Positions 1-9,533 are shown, counted from the first letter of the stretch. The stretch: 64,000 nucleotides of DNA from Frankia alni ACN14a (GCF_000058485.1 NC_008278.1:550962-614961), one strand, 5' to 3'. Numbers and translations are program-made. The notes: a model not told the origin generated them from the letters alone.

Positions 1-2087
1 CCGCCGGCGCTGCCCCCGGAGGCGGGGTGCGGTTCCACCGGTCTCGGTGGCACGGTCGGTCCCGGTGGCACGGTCGGTCTCGGTGGCACGGTCGGTCTCG
101 GTGGCACGGTCGGTCCCGGTGGCACGGTCGGTCCCGGCAACGCGGTCGGTCCGGTACGTGACGGAGGCAGCGGAGGCGGCGGCGATGGCGGGCGACCCAC
201 GCCGGGCCGGTCGGGCGCGCTGGAGGTGTTCGAGGCGACCGCGTCGGTCCGCTCGCCGCGGGTCGCGCGGCGGAAGGCGCCGAAGCGGGCGCCGGCGTCG
301 GCGGGCGGGGAGGCGCGCGTCGGCGCCGGCGGAACCGGCACCCGGCCCACCGCGTTCGCCATGGTCTCCCCGCGACGCCGTTTCGGCAGCACCTCGCGGG
401 GCGCCGGTGGCACGGGCGCGGCCGGCTCGCCGGGAACATCGGCGCGCGCGACCGGCCCCGTCGGGCTGCCCAGAACGGGTGTGCCGGGTGCGGCGGGTCG
501 CCCCGCCGCGGCGCCGTCCGCCAGGCCGCTTCCCGCCAGGCCGCTTCCCGCCAACCCGGTTCCCGCCAACCCGGTTCCCGTCGACCCGGTTCCCGTCGAC
601 CTGGTGCCGTTGAAGCTCGTGCCGTCGAAGCTGGCGCCGTCGAAGCTGGCGCCGTCGAGGCTGGGTTCGACCGAGGTGGGGCGCTCCAGCCTGCTGCTCG
701 TGCCCCGAGGCGCCGCGCCGGCCGCGTCCGCGCGCGCCGCCGCGCCCGGGGCGGCCGCGGCCGCGCCGACGATCTCGCCCACCGGCAGCCCGGCCGCGGT
801 GGGGTTCGGCCGCGGCTGGGTGATGAGCCGGCGGGGGATCATCACCACGACGCCGGTACCGCCGCGCGAGGACGGCCGGAACGACACCATCAGACCGTGC
901 TTGCGGGCAAGCACGCCGACGACGGCCAGGCCCAGGCGGGTGCCGGACAGCGTGGTCAGATCCAGCGGCTCCGCCGAGACGGCGGCCTCGGCACGGCGCA
1001 GCGCGGCGGGTCCCATGACGAGGCCACCGTCCTCGATCGTCACGACGATGCCGGCCTGGACCTCCTCCACGTAGACGTGCACCTCCTCGGACGGAGGCGA
1101 GAAGCTGGTCGCGTTGTCCATCAGCTCGGCGAGAGCGTGCATGACGCCCTCCGCGGCGTAGCCGGCGACCGCGACCGTGCTCGTCGAGTGCAGACGGACC
1201 CGCTGGTAGGCACTGATCCGGCCGACCGCGCCGCGCAGGATGCTCTCCATCACGATCGGCTTGGTCCATCGCCGCCCGGTACGGGCGCCGGTCAGTACCG
1301 CGATGCTGTCCGCCAGCCGGCCCGCCTGCGCGGTCGCGTGGTCCAGGCGGAGCAGGTCGCCGAAGACCTCCTCGTCGTGGCGCTCCTCCATCTCGCGCAG
1401 GTCCGCGAGCATGCTCGTCGCCAGGGCCTGCACCCGGCCGGCGGCGTTGGCGCAGGCGGACATCGCCGCGGCGCGCATCCGCTCGCCGCGGCCGATCTCC
1501 GTCGCCAGCGTCCGCAGGATGCGTCGGTGGGTCTCGCGTGCCTCGCGGTCCCCGTCGCCGATCTCCGGGCTTGCGGCGGCGTCCCCGCGGCCGATGACGC
1601 CCGCCTCCTGGCCGATGACCGTCCCGACGGCAGGGTCGGTTCCGCGGGCGAGGCCCGGGTAGGCGGTGCCGGCGGCGCCGATCTCGCCGATCTCCACGAT
1701 CTCGGCCAGCGCGGCCTCGGGCGAGGCACCGTCACGCAGCCGTTTCACGACCGCGGGCAGGATCTGGTCGGCGAGCTGGGCGGCGCGGACGTTCTGCGTC
1801 TGGACCTGGGACTGCGCGCCGGCGAGCCGGTTCTCCAGGTCGGTGACCTGGCTGCGTAACCGACGGACCGCCCGACCGCGGCCGAGCGCGAGCGCGACGG
1901 TGAGCAGCACGACCGCGGTGGCCACCACCGCCGACACGATCACCGGCGGTCGGTCCGGGCCGGCGGTGGCGGCGTTCGCCCACGCGGCCGCGCCGACGAC
2001 GGCCAGCACGGCGATCAGCAGGACGACGGGCGTCTGGTCGGTCGGGGTGCGGGGGCCACGGCGGGTGGGCGAGGCATGTGTCGGCAT
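1..2087 (-). CDS. sensor histidine-kinase-like ATPase, conservon CvnA-like (N-terminal about 695 aa; gene continues beyond window start)
   Basis: The minus-strand frame (same phase as plus ORF 897..1859) reads MPTHASPTRRGP... It has two N-terminal hydrophobic helices, a coiled-coil segment and a HATPase_c-like block (ELMDNATSFSPP...GIVVTIEDGGLVMGP...LSGTRLGLAVVGVLARKHG). It also carries PTVPP and DGASF repeat linkers. GC is highest at the minus-strand third codon position. GAGGA lies 8 nt upstream of the ATG at 2085-2087. No in-window stop exists, so the gene is absent from the ORF track. The family call is from memory of CvnA-like kinases. Confidence 0.55.
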   Translation of the reverse strand, partial: MPTHASPTRRGPRTPTDQTPVVLLIAVLAVVGAAAWANAATAGPDRPPVIVSAVVATAVVLLTVALALGRGRAVRRLRSQVTDLENRLAGAQSQVQTQNVRAAQLADQILPAVVKRLRDGASPEAALAEIVEIGEIGAAGTAYPGLARGTDPAVGTVIGQEAGVIGRGDAAASPEIGDGDREARETHRRILRTLATEIGRGERMRAAAMSACANAAGRVQALATSMLADLREMEERHDEEVFGDLLRLDHATAQAGRLADSIAVLTGARTGRRWTKPIVMESILRGAVGRISAYQRVRLHSTSTVAVAGYAAEGVMHALAELMDNATSFSPPSEEVHVYVEEVQAGIVVTIEDGGLVMGPAALRRAEAAVSAEPLDLTTLSGTRLGLAVVGVLARKHGLMVSFRPSSRGGTGVVVMIPRRLITQPRPNPTAAGLPVGEIVGAAAAAPGAAARADAAGAAPRGTSSRLERPTSVEPSLDGASFDGASFDGTSFNGTRSTGTGSTGTGLAGTGLAGSGLAGSGLADGAAAGRPAAPGTPVLGSPTGPVARADVPGEPAAPVPPAPREVLPKRRRGETMANAVGRVPVPPAPTRASPPADAGARFGAFRRATRGERTDAVASNTSSAPDRPGVGRPPSPPPPLPPSRTGPTALPGPTVPPGPTVPPRPTVPPRPTVPPGPTVPPRPVEPHPASGGSAG

Positions 2088-2774
2088 GAGGCGGTCCTCG
2101 TCAGCGGCTGGTGGCGAGCACGCGGGGACGGTCCGGGTGGCCGCCGAGGGCGCGCCGTCGGCCGTGGGCGCGTTCGGCCTGGTGGGACGTGCGTAAGCCC
2201 AGATTCGTGACTGCCACGGTTTCGACCCCCCGGTCTCGCCTGTGTCGCCGGTCCCGCCGGTCCCGCGATCCGGCCGGTAGGACGTTGCCGATCCGGCCGG
2301 TCAACCATGTGCCCAGGCCACCGGCGGCGGCCGGCCCGGGTCGGCGGCGATGTCGGACAGCCTAGGCACGCATTCACGGCTCGCAGACGGCCAGCAACCA
2401 GCATTGAGCGGGACGATCGACCCCTAGTGGCAGAGATGGGGCACTGTTGTCCCCGAATGGTCCCCGAGGCTGCCCGGAACCATCCGGGGACAAGGGAACG
2501 GTTCCGCAAGAGGCGGCGGTCCCGCCTATGCGCGAACGGCCTAGATTCCCGAGCGCCGTCCTGAATGCCCCGTTTGCCCGTCCGCCTTAGTGGTGGTTTG
2601 CACACATCTGGACGATGTGGCTGTGCCGGGGAACCGTCTCGCGGATTCCCCGCATGACGGCGGCATGGTGATGCGGAAGCCGGCATGGACGAGGCGACGA
2701 GCGAACTGTTGGCACTTTTGGGCCATCGGAAGAACCCGGGGCTCGCTGTCGGCGGCGGGCTCGGCGCGGTGCGC

Positions 2775-3029
2775 TCAGCGGCCCCGGGCCGCGGCGGGTC
2801 CGGGGTAGGGCAGCAGCGCCATCTCCCGGGCGTTCTTGATCGCCCGGGTCACCTCCCGATGCTGACGAGGTGTCAGCCCGGTGATCCGCCGGGCCCGGAT
2901 CTTGCCCCGGTCGGAGATGAACTGGCGCAGCAGGGCGACATCCTTGTAGTCGACGTAGGTGATCCCGCGTTCGCGGAGAATGTTCGGCTTTTTGCGCTGT
3001 CCCGGCTTCGGGGTGCGACGCGTGGGCAT
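2775..3029 (-). CDS. rpsR: 30S ribosomal protein S18 (stand-alone paralog)
   Basis: The 84 aa protein has the S18 signature ([31 protein letters not shown]...[13 protein letters not shown]). AGGAGGT lies 7 nt upstream of the ATG. It is not in an rpsF-ssb-rpsR-rplI or rpmB-rpmG-rpsN context. Confidence 0.85.
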   Translation of the reverse strand: MPTRRTPKPGQRKKPNILRERGITYVDYKDVALLRQFISDRGKIRARRITGLTPRQHREVTRAIKNAREMALLPYPGPAAARGR

Positions 3030-3281
3030 GGGATGACCTCCTGTCGACCGTCGGTGTCCACTCGGTTATCTCACGGAGCGCGCAGTGATGGTCGGGTGAC
3101 GACAATCCGTGCTCGGTCGCCATGCTGGCGGCGCCCACCCCGGTTTGGCGGTAAACCGCCGGTCCTGCACATCGTTGAATTCAGGTAACGCTAAGCATCT
3201 ACTGCGCCCGGGTGGCAGTCACGTGGGGTGACGGGGATCGCGGCCCTCCGCCTCACATCGGCCCTTCCGAAGGAGACTTTC

Positions 3282-4229
3282 GTGACCAGAAGGCATTCCC
3301 CGGCACGCGCGGCAACACTGACCACCGCGCTGGCCGCCGGAATCGTCGCCGCCCTCCCCGGCCTGGCCGGGGCGGCGAGCGCTTCTTCCGCGGTCCCGGG
3401 CGCCGTGGCCGTCTCGAAGCGCCCGGCGCTGTTCGAGCGCCCGGCGCGGTTCGACGACCTGCGGGCGGTCGGCCTCGGCCTGACGACGACGGGCGTCCTG
3501 GTCCGCTTCGACGTCGACTCGCCCTCCCGGCTGGTGCGGATCGGCCAGGTCAGCGGCCTCGTCGGCGGTGACACGAGCCTCATCGGGATCGACTATCGGG
3601 TGCAGAACGGTCGCCTCTACGGCGTCGGCAACCTCGGCGGCATCTATGTGATCAACACGTCCACCGCGGTCGCGACCCGGGTGTCGCACCTCACGGTGGC
3701 GCTCAGCGGCACCGCCTTCGACGTCGACTTCGACCCGGCGGCCAACCGGCTGCGCATCATCAGCAACACCGGCCAGAGCCTGCGGCACAACATCGACGAC
3801 CGGGCCGGCGTCCCGCCGATCGGCACCACGGTCGTCGACACACCGCTGAACTACCCGCCGACGGCCATCGTGGCGACCGGCCTGACCGGCGCTGCCTACA
3901 CCAACAACGACCTGGACCCGGCGACGTCGACCACCCTGTTCGGCGTCGACACCACCCTCGGCCAGGTGGTCGTCGGCTCGCCGTCCCACTCCGGTCAGCT
4001 CGTCGCGACGGGGCAGTTCGGCCTGCCCCTGGGTGGCGACGCCGGCTTCGACATCTTCACCCGGCGGTCGGGCGGTCGGGCGGTGGGCAACCGGGCCTTC
4101 GCGACCCTGCTGGTCGGGTCCACCTACCGGCTGGCCGAGATCGACCCGCTGACCGGGCGAATCCGCGTCCACGGCTCGTTCCCGAGCAACGCCCAGGTCG
4201 CCGACATCGCGATCCCGCCGAACCAGTAA
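3282..4229 (+). CDS. DUF4394 domain secreted protein
   Basis: GTG start preceded by GAAGGAGAC. The N-terminus is signal-peptide-like (RRHSPARAATLTTALAAGIVAALPGLAGAASA). The body matches my memory of DUF4394 (LRIISNTGQSLRHN, LFGVDTTLGQVV). Confidence 0.55.
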   Translation: MTRRHSPARAATLTTALAAGIVAALPGLAGAASASSAVPGAVAVSKRPALFERPARFDDLRAVGLGLTTTGVLVRFDVDSPSRLVRIGQVSGLVGGDTSLIGIDYRVQNGRLYGVGNLGGIYVINTSTAVATRVSHLTVALSGTAFDVDFDPAANRLRIISNTGQSLRHNIDDRAGVPPIGTTVVDTPLNYPPTAIVATGLTGAAYTNNDLDPATSTTLFGVDTTLGQVVVGSPSHSGQLVATGQFGLPLGGDAGFDIFTRRSGGRAVGNRAFATLLVGSTYRLAEIDPLTGRIRVHGSFPSNAQVADIAIPPNQ

Positions 4230-4255
4230 CGAGCTGATTCAGGAGCGGAACGAAC

Positions 4256-4352
4256 CTGGAGTAGGCCGAATCTGGAGTAGGCCGAATCTGGAGTTAGGCC
4301 AAGTCTGGAGCAGGCCGAGTCTGGAGCAGGCCGAGTCTGGAGCAGGCCGAAC
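4256..4352. repeat. intergenic tandem repeat, six copies of a 16-17 nt unit (ctggagtaggccgaat / ctggagcaggccgagt)
   Basis: Direct reading of the sequence immediately after the DUF4394 stop. Confidence 0.85.
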
Positions 4353-4369
4353 CAGGCGGGACTGTCACC

Positions 4370-4423
4370 GGGCCCGCAGCGGGTCGGGGCGGTGATCACA
4401 CCGTCCCGACCCGCCGCGGGCCC
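4370..4423. terminator. GC-rich imperfect hairpin between convergent genes (candidate bidirectional terminator)
   Basis: GGGCCCGCAGCGGGTCGGGGCGGTGATCACACCGTCCCGACCCGCCGCGGGCCC with long complementary arms. It sits between the 3' ends of the DUF4394 gene and tex. There is no U-tract, as is common in actinobacteria. Confidence 0.45.
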
Positions 4424-4464
4424 TGCCTGCCGACTACCGCGCCCGCGACGTGCCCCAGGCGGGG

Positions 4465-7152
4465 TCAGCTCCGCTTGCGGTCGGAGCCGTCGAGGGTGAT
4501 CCGGTCGCCGGTGACGATCCCGGCCCGCCGCAGCGCGTCGGCGATGGCGCCGTCCGGCGCACCGCCGCGTCCGCCCCGCCCGCCACCGCCGCCCCGGTTG
4601 GCACCCGCGCCGCCGCCGCCCCGGTTGGCACCCGCGCCGCCGCCGGACCCCACGCCGCCGGGACCCCCTGCCCCGCCGCGACCACCGCCGCGCGTACCGG
4701 GAGCCCGACCGGCCGATCCGTCGCGGCCGCCGCCCCGGCCCCGGCCACCGGCGCCGTCGCGACGCTCACCGCCGGCCTCGCCGCGCCGCGCGCCCTCCCG
4801 ACCCGTGCCGGCGCCGCCGCCGGGAGCCCGTCGCTCGCCGCCGCCGCTGCTGCTGCTGCCGGCGTTGCCACCGCTGCTGCCGGTACCGCCGCCGTCGCCG
4901 CCGCGGCGCCCCGAACCGCGCCCCGCGCCGCCCGCCGGCGCCCCGACCTCGTCGTCCAGGCGCAGCGTCAGCGAGATCCGCTTGCGCGGGATGTCGACGT
5001 CGAGAACCTTCACCGTGACGATGTCGCCGGGCTTGGCGACCTCCCGCGGGTCGCTGACGAAGTTCTTCGACATCGCCGAGACGTGCACCAGGCCGTCCTG
5101 GTGCACCCCGACGTCGACGAAGGCGCCGAAGGCGGCCACGTTGGTGACGGTGCCCTCCAGCGTCATCCCGGGCACCAGGTCCGCGAGGGTCTCGATCCCC
5201 TCGGTGAACGCCGCCGTGCGGAACGCCGGCCGCGGGTCGCGCCCCGGCTTCTCCAGCTCGGCGAGGATGTCGGTGACCGTCGGCAGCCCGACGGTGTCGT
5301 CGACGAACTCGGTCGGCTTCAGCGACCGCAGCACCGCGCCGTTACCGATGAGCGTGCTCAGCTCGCCGCCGGTGGCCGCGAGGATCCGCCGGACCACCGG
5401 ATAGGACTCGGGGTGGACGCTGGAGCCGTCCAACGGGTCGTCCCCGCCGCGGATGCGCAGGAAGCCGGCGCACTGCTCGAACGCCTTCGGGCCGAGCCGG
5501 GGCACGTCCCGCAGCGCCTCGCGGGTGCGGAACGGCCCGTTGGCGTCGCGGTGGCGGACCAGGTTCTCGGCGAGGCCCGCCCCGATTCCGGACACCCGGG
5601 TCAGCAGCGGCGCCGACGCGGTGTTGACGTCCACGCCGACGGCGTTCACGCAGTCCTCCACGACGGCGTCGAGGGACGACGACAGCCGCGCCTCGGCCAG
5701 GTCGTGCTGGTACTGGCCCACCCCGATCGACTTCGGATCGATCTTGACGAGCTCGGCGAGCGGGTCCTGCAGACGGCGGGCGATCGAGACCGCGCCCCGC
5801 AACGAGACGTCCATCCCGGGCAGCTCGGCCGCGGCGTAGGCGGACGCCGAGTACACCGACGCGCCCGCCTCGGAGACGGTCACCTTCGTCAGGGACAGCT
5901 CCGGATGCCGGCGGATGAGGTCGTCGGCCAGCTTGTCGGTCTCCCGCGAGGCCGTCCCGTTGCCGATCGAGATCAGGTCGACGTGGTGCTCGGCGGCGAG
6001 GCGGGCCAGGGTGGCGATCGACTCGTCCCAGCGCCGGGCCGGAACGTGCGGATGGATGGTGTCCGTGGCGACCACCTTGCCGGTCGCGTCGACCACGGCG
6101 ACCTTCACGCCCGTGCGGTACCCCGGGTCCAGGCCCATCGTCGCCCGGCTGCCGGCCGGCGCCGCGAGCAGCAGGTCGCGCAGGTTGGCCGCGAACACCC
6201 GCACGGCGGTGTCCTCCGCCGCCGTCCACAGCCGCATCCGCAGGTCCACGCCGAGGTGCACGAGGATGCGGGTGCGCCAGGCCCAGCGGACGGTGTCGAG
6301 GAGCCAGCGGTCGGCCGCCCGGCCGGCGTCGGAGATCCCGAAGGTCTCGGCGATCCGCACCTCGTAGCTCGTCGGCCCGGGCGCGGGCGGGGTGCCCGGC
6401 TCGGTCGGGGTGTCCGGCTCCAGGGTCAGATCGAGGATCTCCTCCTTCTCGCCCCGGAACGCGGCCAGGATGCGGTGGGAGGGCAGCGAGGTGAACGGCT
6501 CGGAGAAGTCGAAGTAGTCGGCGAACTTCGCGCCGGCCTCCTCCTTGCCCTCCCGCACCCGGGAGACGAGCACGCCGCGGGACCACATCTGCTCCCGCAG
6601 CGCGCCGATGAGGTCGGCGTCCTCGCCGAACCGCTCGACGAGGATCGCCCGCGCGCCCTCCAGCGCCGCACCGGCGTCCGCCACCCCCTTGTCCGGATCG
6701 ACGTAGCCGCTCGCCGTGCCGTGCGGGTCGCGGGTGGGATCGCCCAGCAGGGCGTCCGCCAGCGGCTCCAGGCCCGCCTCCCGGGCGATCTGCGCCTTCG
6801 TCCGCCGTTTCGGCTTGTAGGGCAGGTAGATGTCCTCCAGGCGGGCCTTGGAGTCGGCTGCCAGGATCTGCGCCTCGAGGGCGTCGTCGAGCTTGCCCTG
6901 GGCGCGGATGGACTCCAGCACCGCGGTGCGCCGCTCCTCCAGCTCCCGCAGGTAGCGCAGGCGCTCCTCCAGGGTGCGTAGCTGGGTGTCGTCGAGGGTG
7001 CCCGTCGCCTCCTTGCGGTAGCGGGCGATGAAGGGCACGGTGGCGCCCCCGTCGAGCAGGTCGACCGCCGCCGTCACCTGCCCCTGGCGCACGCCGAGCT
7101 CCTCGGCGATCCGCTGATGGATGGACCGCTGTGGGACAGATGTCGTCGTCAC
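4465..7152 (-). CDS. tex: transcription accessory protein Tex (YqgF/HhH/S1 domains) with about 170 aa C-terminal Gly/Arg-rich tail
   Basis: The N-terminus is Tex-typical (IARYRKEATGTLDD, GLDPGYRTGVKVAVVD, S1 domain near the end). A GTG start is read as M in the track. The tail GRGSGRRGGDGGG...GGGAGANRGGGG is encoded by plus 4465-4980. Confidence 0.9.
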   Translation of the reverse strand: MTTTSVPQRSIHQRIAEELGVRQGQVTAAVDLLDGGATVPFIARYRKEATGTLDDTQLRTLEERLRYLRELEERRTAVLESIRAQGKLDDALEAQILAADSKARLEDIYLPYKPKRRTKAQIAREAGLEPLADALLGDPTRDPHGTASGYVDPDKGVADAGAALEGARAILVERFGEDADLIGALREQMWSRGVLVSRVREGKEEAGAKFADYFDFSEPFTSLPSHRILAAFRGEKEEILDLTLEPDTPTEPGTPPAPGPTSYEVRIAETFGISDAGRAADRWLLDTVRWAWRTRILVHLGVDLRMRLWTAAEDTAVRVFAANLRDLLLAAPAGSRATMGLDPGYRTGVKVAVVDATGKVVATDTIHPHVPARRWDESIATLARLAAEHHVDLISIGNGTASRETDKLADDLIRRHPELSLTKVTVSEAGASVYSASAYAAAELPGMDVSLRGAVSIARRLQDPLAELVKIDPKSIGVGQYQHDLAEARLSSSLDAVVEDCVNAVGVDVNTASAPLLTRVSGIGAGLAENLVRHRDANGPFRTREALRDVPRLGPKAFEQCAGFLRIRGGDDPLDGSSVHPESYPVVRRILAATGGELSTLIGNGAVLRSLKPTEFVDDTVGLPTVTDILAELEKPGRDPRPAFRTAAFTEGIETLADLVPGMTLEGTVTNVAAFGAFVDVGVHQDGLVHVSAMSKNFVSDPREVAKPGDIVTVKVLDVDIPRKRISLTLRLDDEVGAPAGGAGRGSGRRGGDGGGTGSSGGNAGSSSSGGGERRAPGGGAGTGREGARRGEAGGERRDGAGGRGRGGGRDGSAGRAPGTRGGGRGGAGGPGGVGSGGGAGANRGGGGAGANRGGGGGRGGRGGAPDGAIADALRRAGIVTGDRITLDGSDRKRS

Positions 7153-7585
7153 AATGCCTGATCCGCCTTCTCGTCCTCGTCGCTGCTGTGCGCGTCAGCG
7201 CGGTGCCGGGCCGTCCGGCCGATCCGCGCTGACTGCGAGACTACGGGCGATCACCCGCCGCTTTCCGCCCGGGCGGCCATCCGGGCTGAGGCGCCGGCCG
7301 CCGCCCGTGGGCCGCGGTGCGGCGATCGGCCGGGCCGCCGTCCGCCGAGGGCAGCCTTGGAGGCGGTGGCCGGTCCGGTGTGATCCGGTGTGATCCGCCC
7401 CGTTCGATTCCGTTGCAGGGCATATCCCATTGGTGCGACATGACCTATGATGTGCGCGTGCGCATGGGGGGTGGGGACGCGGGTGCGGGACGCTGTTATT
7501 TCTCGCATTCGAGACGTGGTCCGGCTGGATACGGCTCGTCCATGCCGGGGTCGTCCGCTGCCGGATTGCAACGCAGGGCGGCGGA

Positions 7586-8698
7586 GTGACTCGGGAGAGT
7601 ACTCTCGGTCCAGTCCGCGGTCCGGCCCTGAGCCCGACCAACGTCGGCGGCATTCGCCACGAGGCTTTCCTGTTCCGGGGTGACGTCGGTTTCCTCAGCG
7701 CGACCAGGGATTTCATCCTCGCCGGCCTCGCGGCCGACGAGGACGTTCTCGTCGCGGTGACGCCCGCGCGGATGGCGCTTCTTCGGGCCGCGCTCGACCG
7801 GGCCGCCAGGCGAGTCACATTTCTCGATCTGACGGAGGTCGGCCGGAATCCGGCGCGCATCATCCCCGCCTGGCAGGAATTCCTCGACCTCGGGATCGAA
7901 CGGGGCCGGACGGTTCGCGGGATCGGCGAGCCGCTGTGGTCCGGGCGCCCCGTTCCCGAGCAGCGGGAGTGCATGCTTCACGAGGCCCTGCTCAACGAGG
8001 CGTTCACGGCCCCGCCGGCCTGGCGGCTGCGCTGCCCCTACGAGGTGACCGCGCTCGACGCGGTGACCGCCGACGAGGTGTGGCAGACCCATCCGGTGGT
8101 GGTGGACGGCGGGCTCGGCCGCGTCAGCGCGCGCTACCGCCCGCCGGCCCCCGCCGTCTCCGCGGTCCCCGCCGTCTCCGCGGTCCCCGCTGCCTCCGCG
8201 GTCCCCGCTGCCTCCGCGGTCCCCGCTGTCTCCGCGGTCCCCGCTGTCTCCGCCGCGGCGGTGGCCGACGCCGCCGCGGCCACCCGGCCGGATCCACTCG
8301 CCGAGCCGCTGCCGGACCTCGGCCGGCCGCGGGCCGAGGTGGCGTTCGGACCGGACGACCTCGGTCTGGTTCGCGCGGCGGCCACCCGCGCCGCCCTCGC
8401 CGACGGGCTCGGCGAGGACCGGGCCGGCGACCTCGAACTCGCCGTGCACGAGGTCGCGACGAACAGCGTCCGCCACGGCGGTGGGCGGGGCATCGTGCGT
8501 TTCTGGACCGCCGACGGCTGCCTGGTCTGCGAGGTCACCGACTCCGGTCGGCTCGCCGACCGGCTTGCCGGGCGACGGCGTCCGGACCTCGACCTCAGCG
8601 GCGGGCGGGGGCTGTGGCTCGTCAACCAGCTCTGCGATCTCGTGCAGCTCCGGTCGGGGAGCGTCGGCACGACCGTGCGGATGTTCATGTACGTCTGA
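7586..8698 (+). CDS. MEDS-domain plus HATPase_c (RsbW-like anti-sigma regulatory factor) protein
   Basis: The N-terminus reads RHEAFLFRGD...LVAVTPARMALL and the C-terminus reads HEVATNSVRHGGGRGIVRFW...GGRGLWLVNQLCD. A six-copy AVSAVP linker repeat lies between them. The start codon (GTG at 7586) is uncertain. Confidence 0.55.
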   Translation: MTRESTLGPVRGPALSPTNVGGIRHEAFLFRGDVGFLSATRDFILAGLAADEDVLVAVTPARMALLRAALDRAARRVTFLDLTEVGRNPARIIPAWQEFLDLGIERGRTVRGIGEPLWSGRPVPEQRECMLHEALLNEAFTAPPAWRLRCPYEVTALDAVTADEVWQTHPVVVDGGLGRVSARYRPPAPAVSAVPAVSAVPAASAVPAASAVPAVSAVPAVSAAAVADAAAATRPDPLAEPLPDLGRPRAEVAFGPDDLGLVRAAATRAALADGLGEDRAGDLELAVHEVATNSVRHGGGRGIVRFWTADGCLVCEVTDSGRLADRLAGRRRPDLDLSGGRGLWLVNQLCDLVQLRSGSVGTTVRMFMYV

Positions 8699-8744
8699 CC
8701 GGTCGCGGCGCCGATGCGCACGTCCGGCGGGGGAGGAGACTGCG

Positions 8745-9533
8745 GTGACGTCGACGGAGCGGACCCGGGTCGGGCGCGGCGCCTGGCCCACGGACGGTCG
8801 GGGCGGCACCGTTGCCCCGGCGGGTGGCACAACCGCCGCCGGGCCGGGCCGGTGCTACGGCGTCGGCGCGGGCGAGGCCCCGCCCGCCGGCAGCACCGAC
8901 GCGGACATCCTCGCCGTCCGGGCCGGCATCACCGCGATCAGCCGGGCGCTGAACTGGCACGGCGGCCCGGGCACCCCGGTGCCGACCGACGGTCGCTTCA
9001 CCGCCGCCACCAAGGCGGCCGTCATCGCGTTCCAGGACAAGCTGCAGCCCGTGATCAACCGCGACATGTACCTGCCGGCGGTCGAGCACAGCCCGGCGGG
9101 ATTCGTCAACAAGGAGACGTCCTACGCGTTGTTCATGCCGATTGCGGACCGTTACGCGTTGAAGTACACGGTCCCCCGCGGACTCCTGCGCGGTATCGCC
9201 ACCATCGAGAGCAACTGGGATCCCGGCGCGGTCGGCTACTGGACGAACTCGGATTTCGGGCTCTGCCAGTGGAACACCACGCTGCCCGACATCACCACGG
9301 CGCGGGCGCTGGATCCCTTCTGGGCGCTCGACTCCACGGCCAAGGCGATGCGGGAACGCTTTGATTCCGACCGCTGGGGCCACAACTGGCTGTACGTCAT
9401 TGCCGCGCACAATGTCCCGACCTGGGCCGCGCAGTGGGCCCAGGGCGAACTGTCCGCCACCGATCCGGCCGACAAACCGAAACTCGACCGGATGAACGGC
9501 TACGTCAGCAACGTCCTGGCCCGCGTCTGGTGA
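8745..9533 (+). CDS. peptidoglycan-binding / lytic transglycosylase (SLT)-like protein
   Basis: GTG start with GGGAGGAGA upstream. It has a PG_binding_1-like FTAATKAAVIAFQDKLQ motif and an SLT-like IESNWDPGAV...FGLCQW motif. Confidence 0.45.
   Translation: MTSTERTRVGRGAWPTDGRGGTVAPAGGTTAAGPGRCYGVGAGEAPPAGSTDADILAVRAGITAISRALNWHGGPGTPVPTDGRFTAATKAAVIAFQDKLQPVINRDMYLPAVEHSPAGFVNKETSYALFMPIADRYALKYTVPRGLLRGIATIESNWDPGAVGYWTNSDFGLCQWNTTLPDITTARALDPFWALDSTAKAMRERFDSDRWGHNWLYVIAAHNVPTWAAQWAQGELSATDPADKPKLDRMNGYVSNVLARVW

Noticed and set aside
47-2196. Plus-strand ORFs 47..613, 226..1074, 897..1859, 1240..1662 and 1666..2196
   Set aside because: Their composition is not protein-like. GC is highest at codon position 1, which becomes position 3 on the opposite strand. 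The minus strand gives a coherent kinase-like protein instead.
4256-4352. Possible CRISPR array (and likewise 28047-28158)
   Set aside because: The repeats are contiguous with no spacers and no cas genes nearby.
4450-6981. 843-aa plus-strand ORF and 5342..6586 minus ORF
   Set aside because: These are shadows of tex. The translated products are low-complexity Pro/Arg/Gly strings.
7380-7440. Possible tRNA (GTTCGATTCC T-loop-like motif)
   Set aside because: The flanking sequence cannot form the T-stem or acceptor stem.
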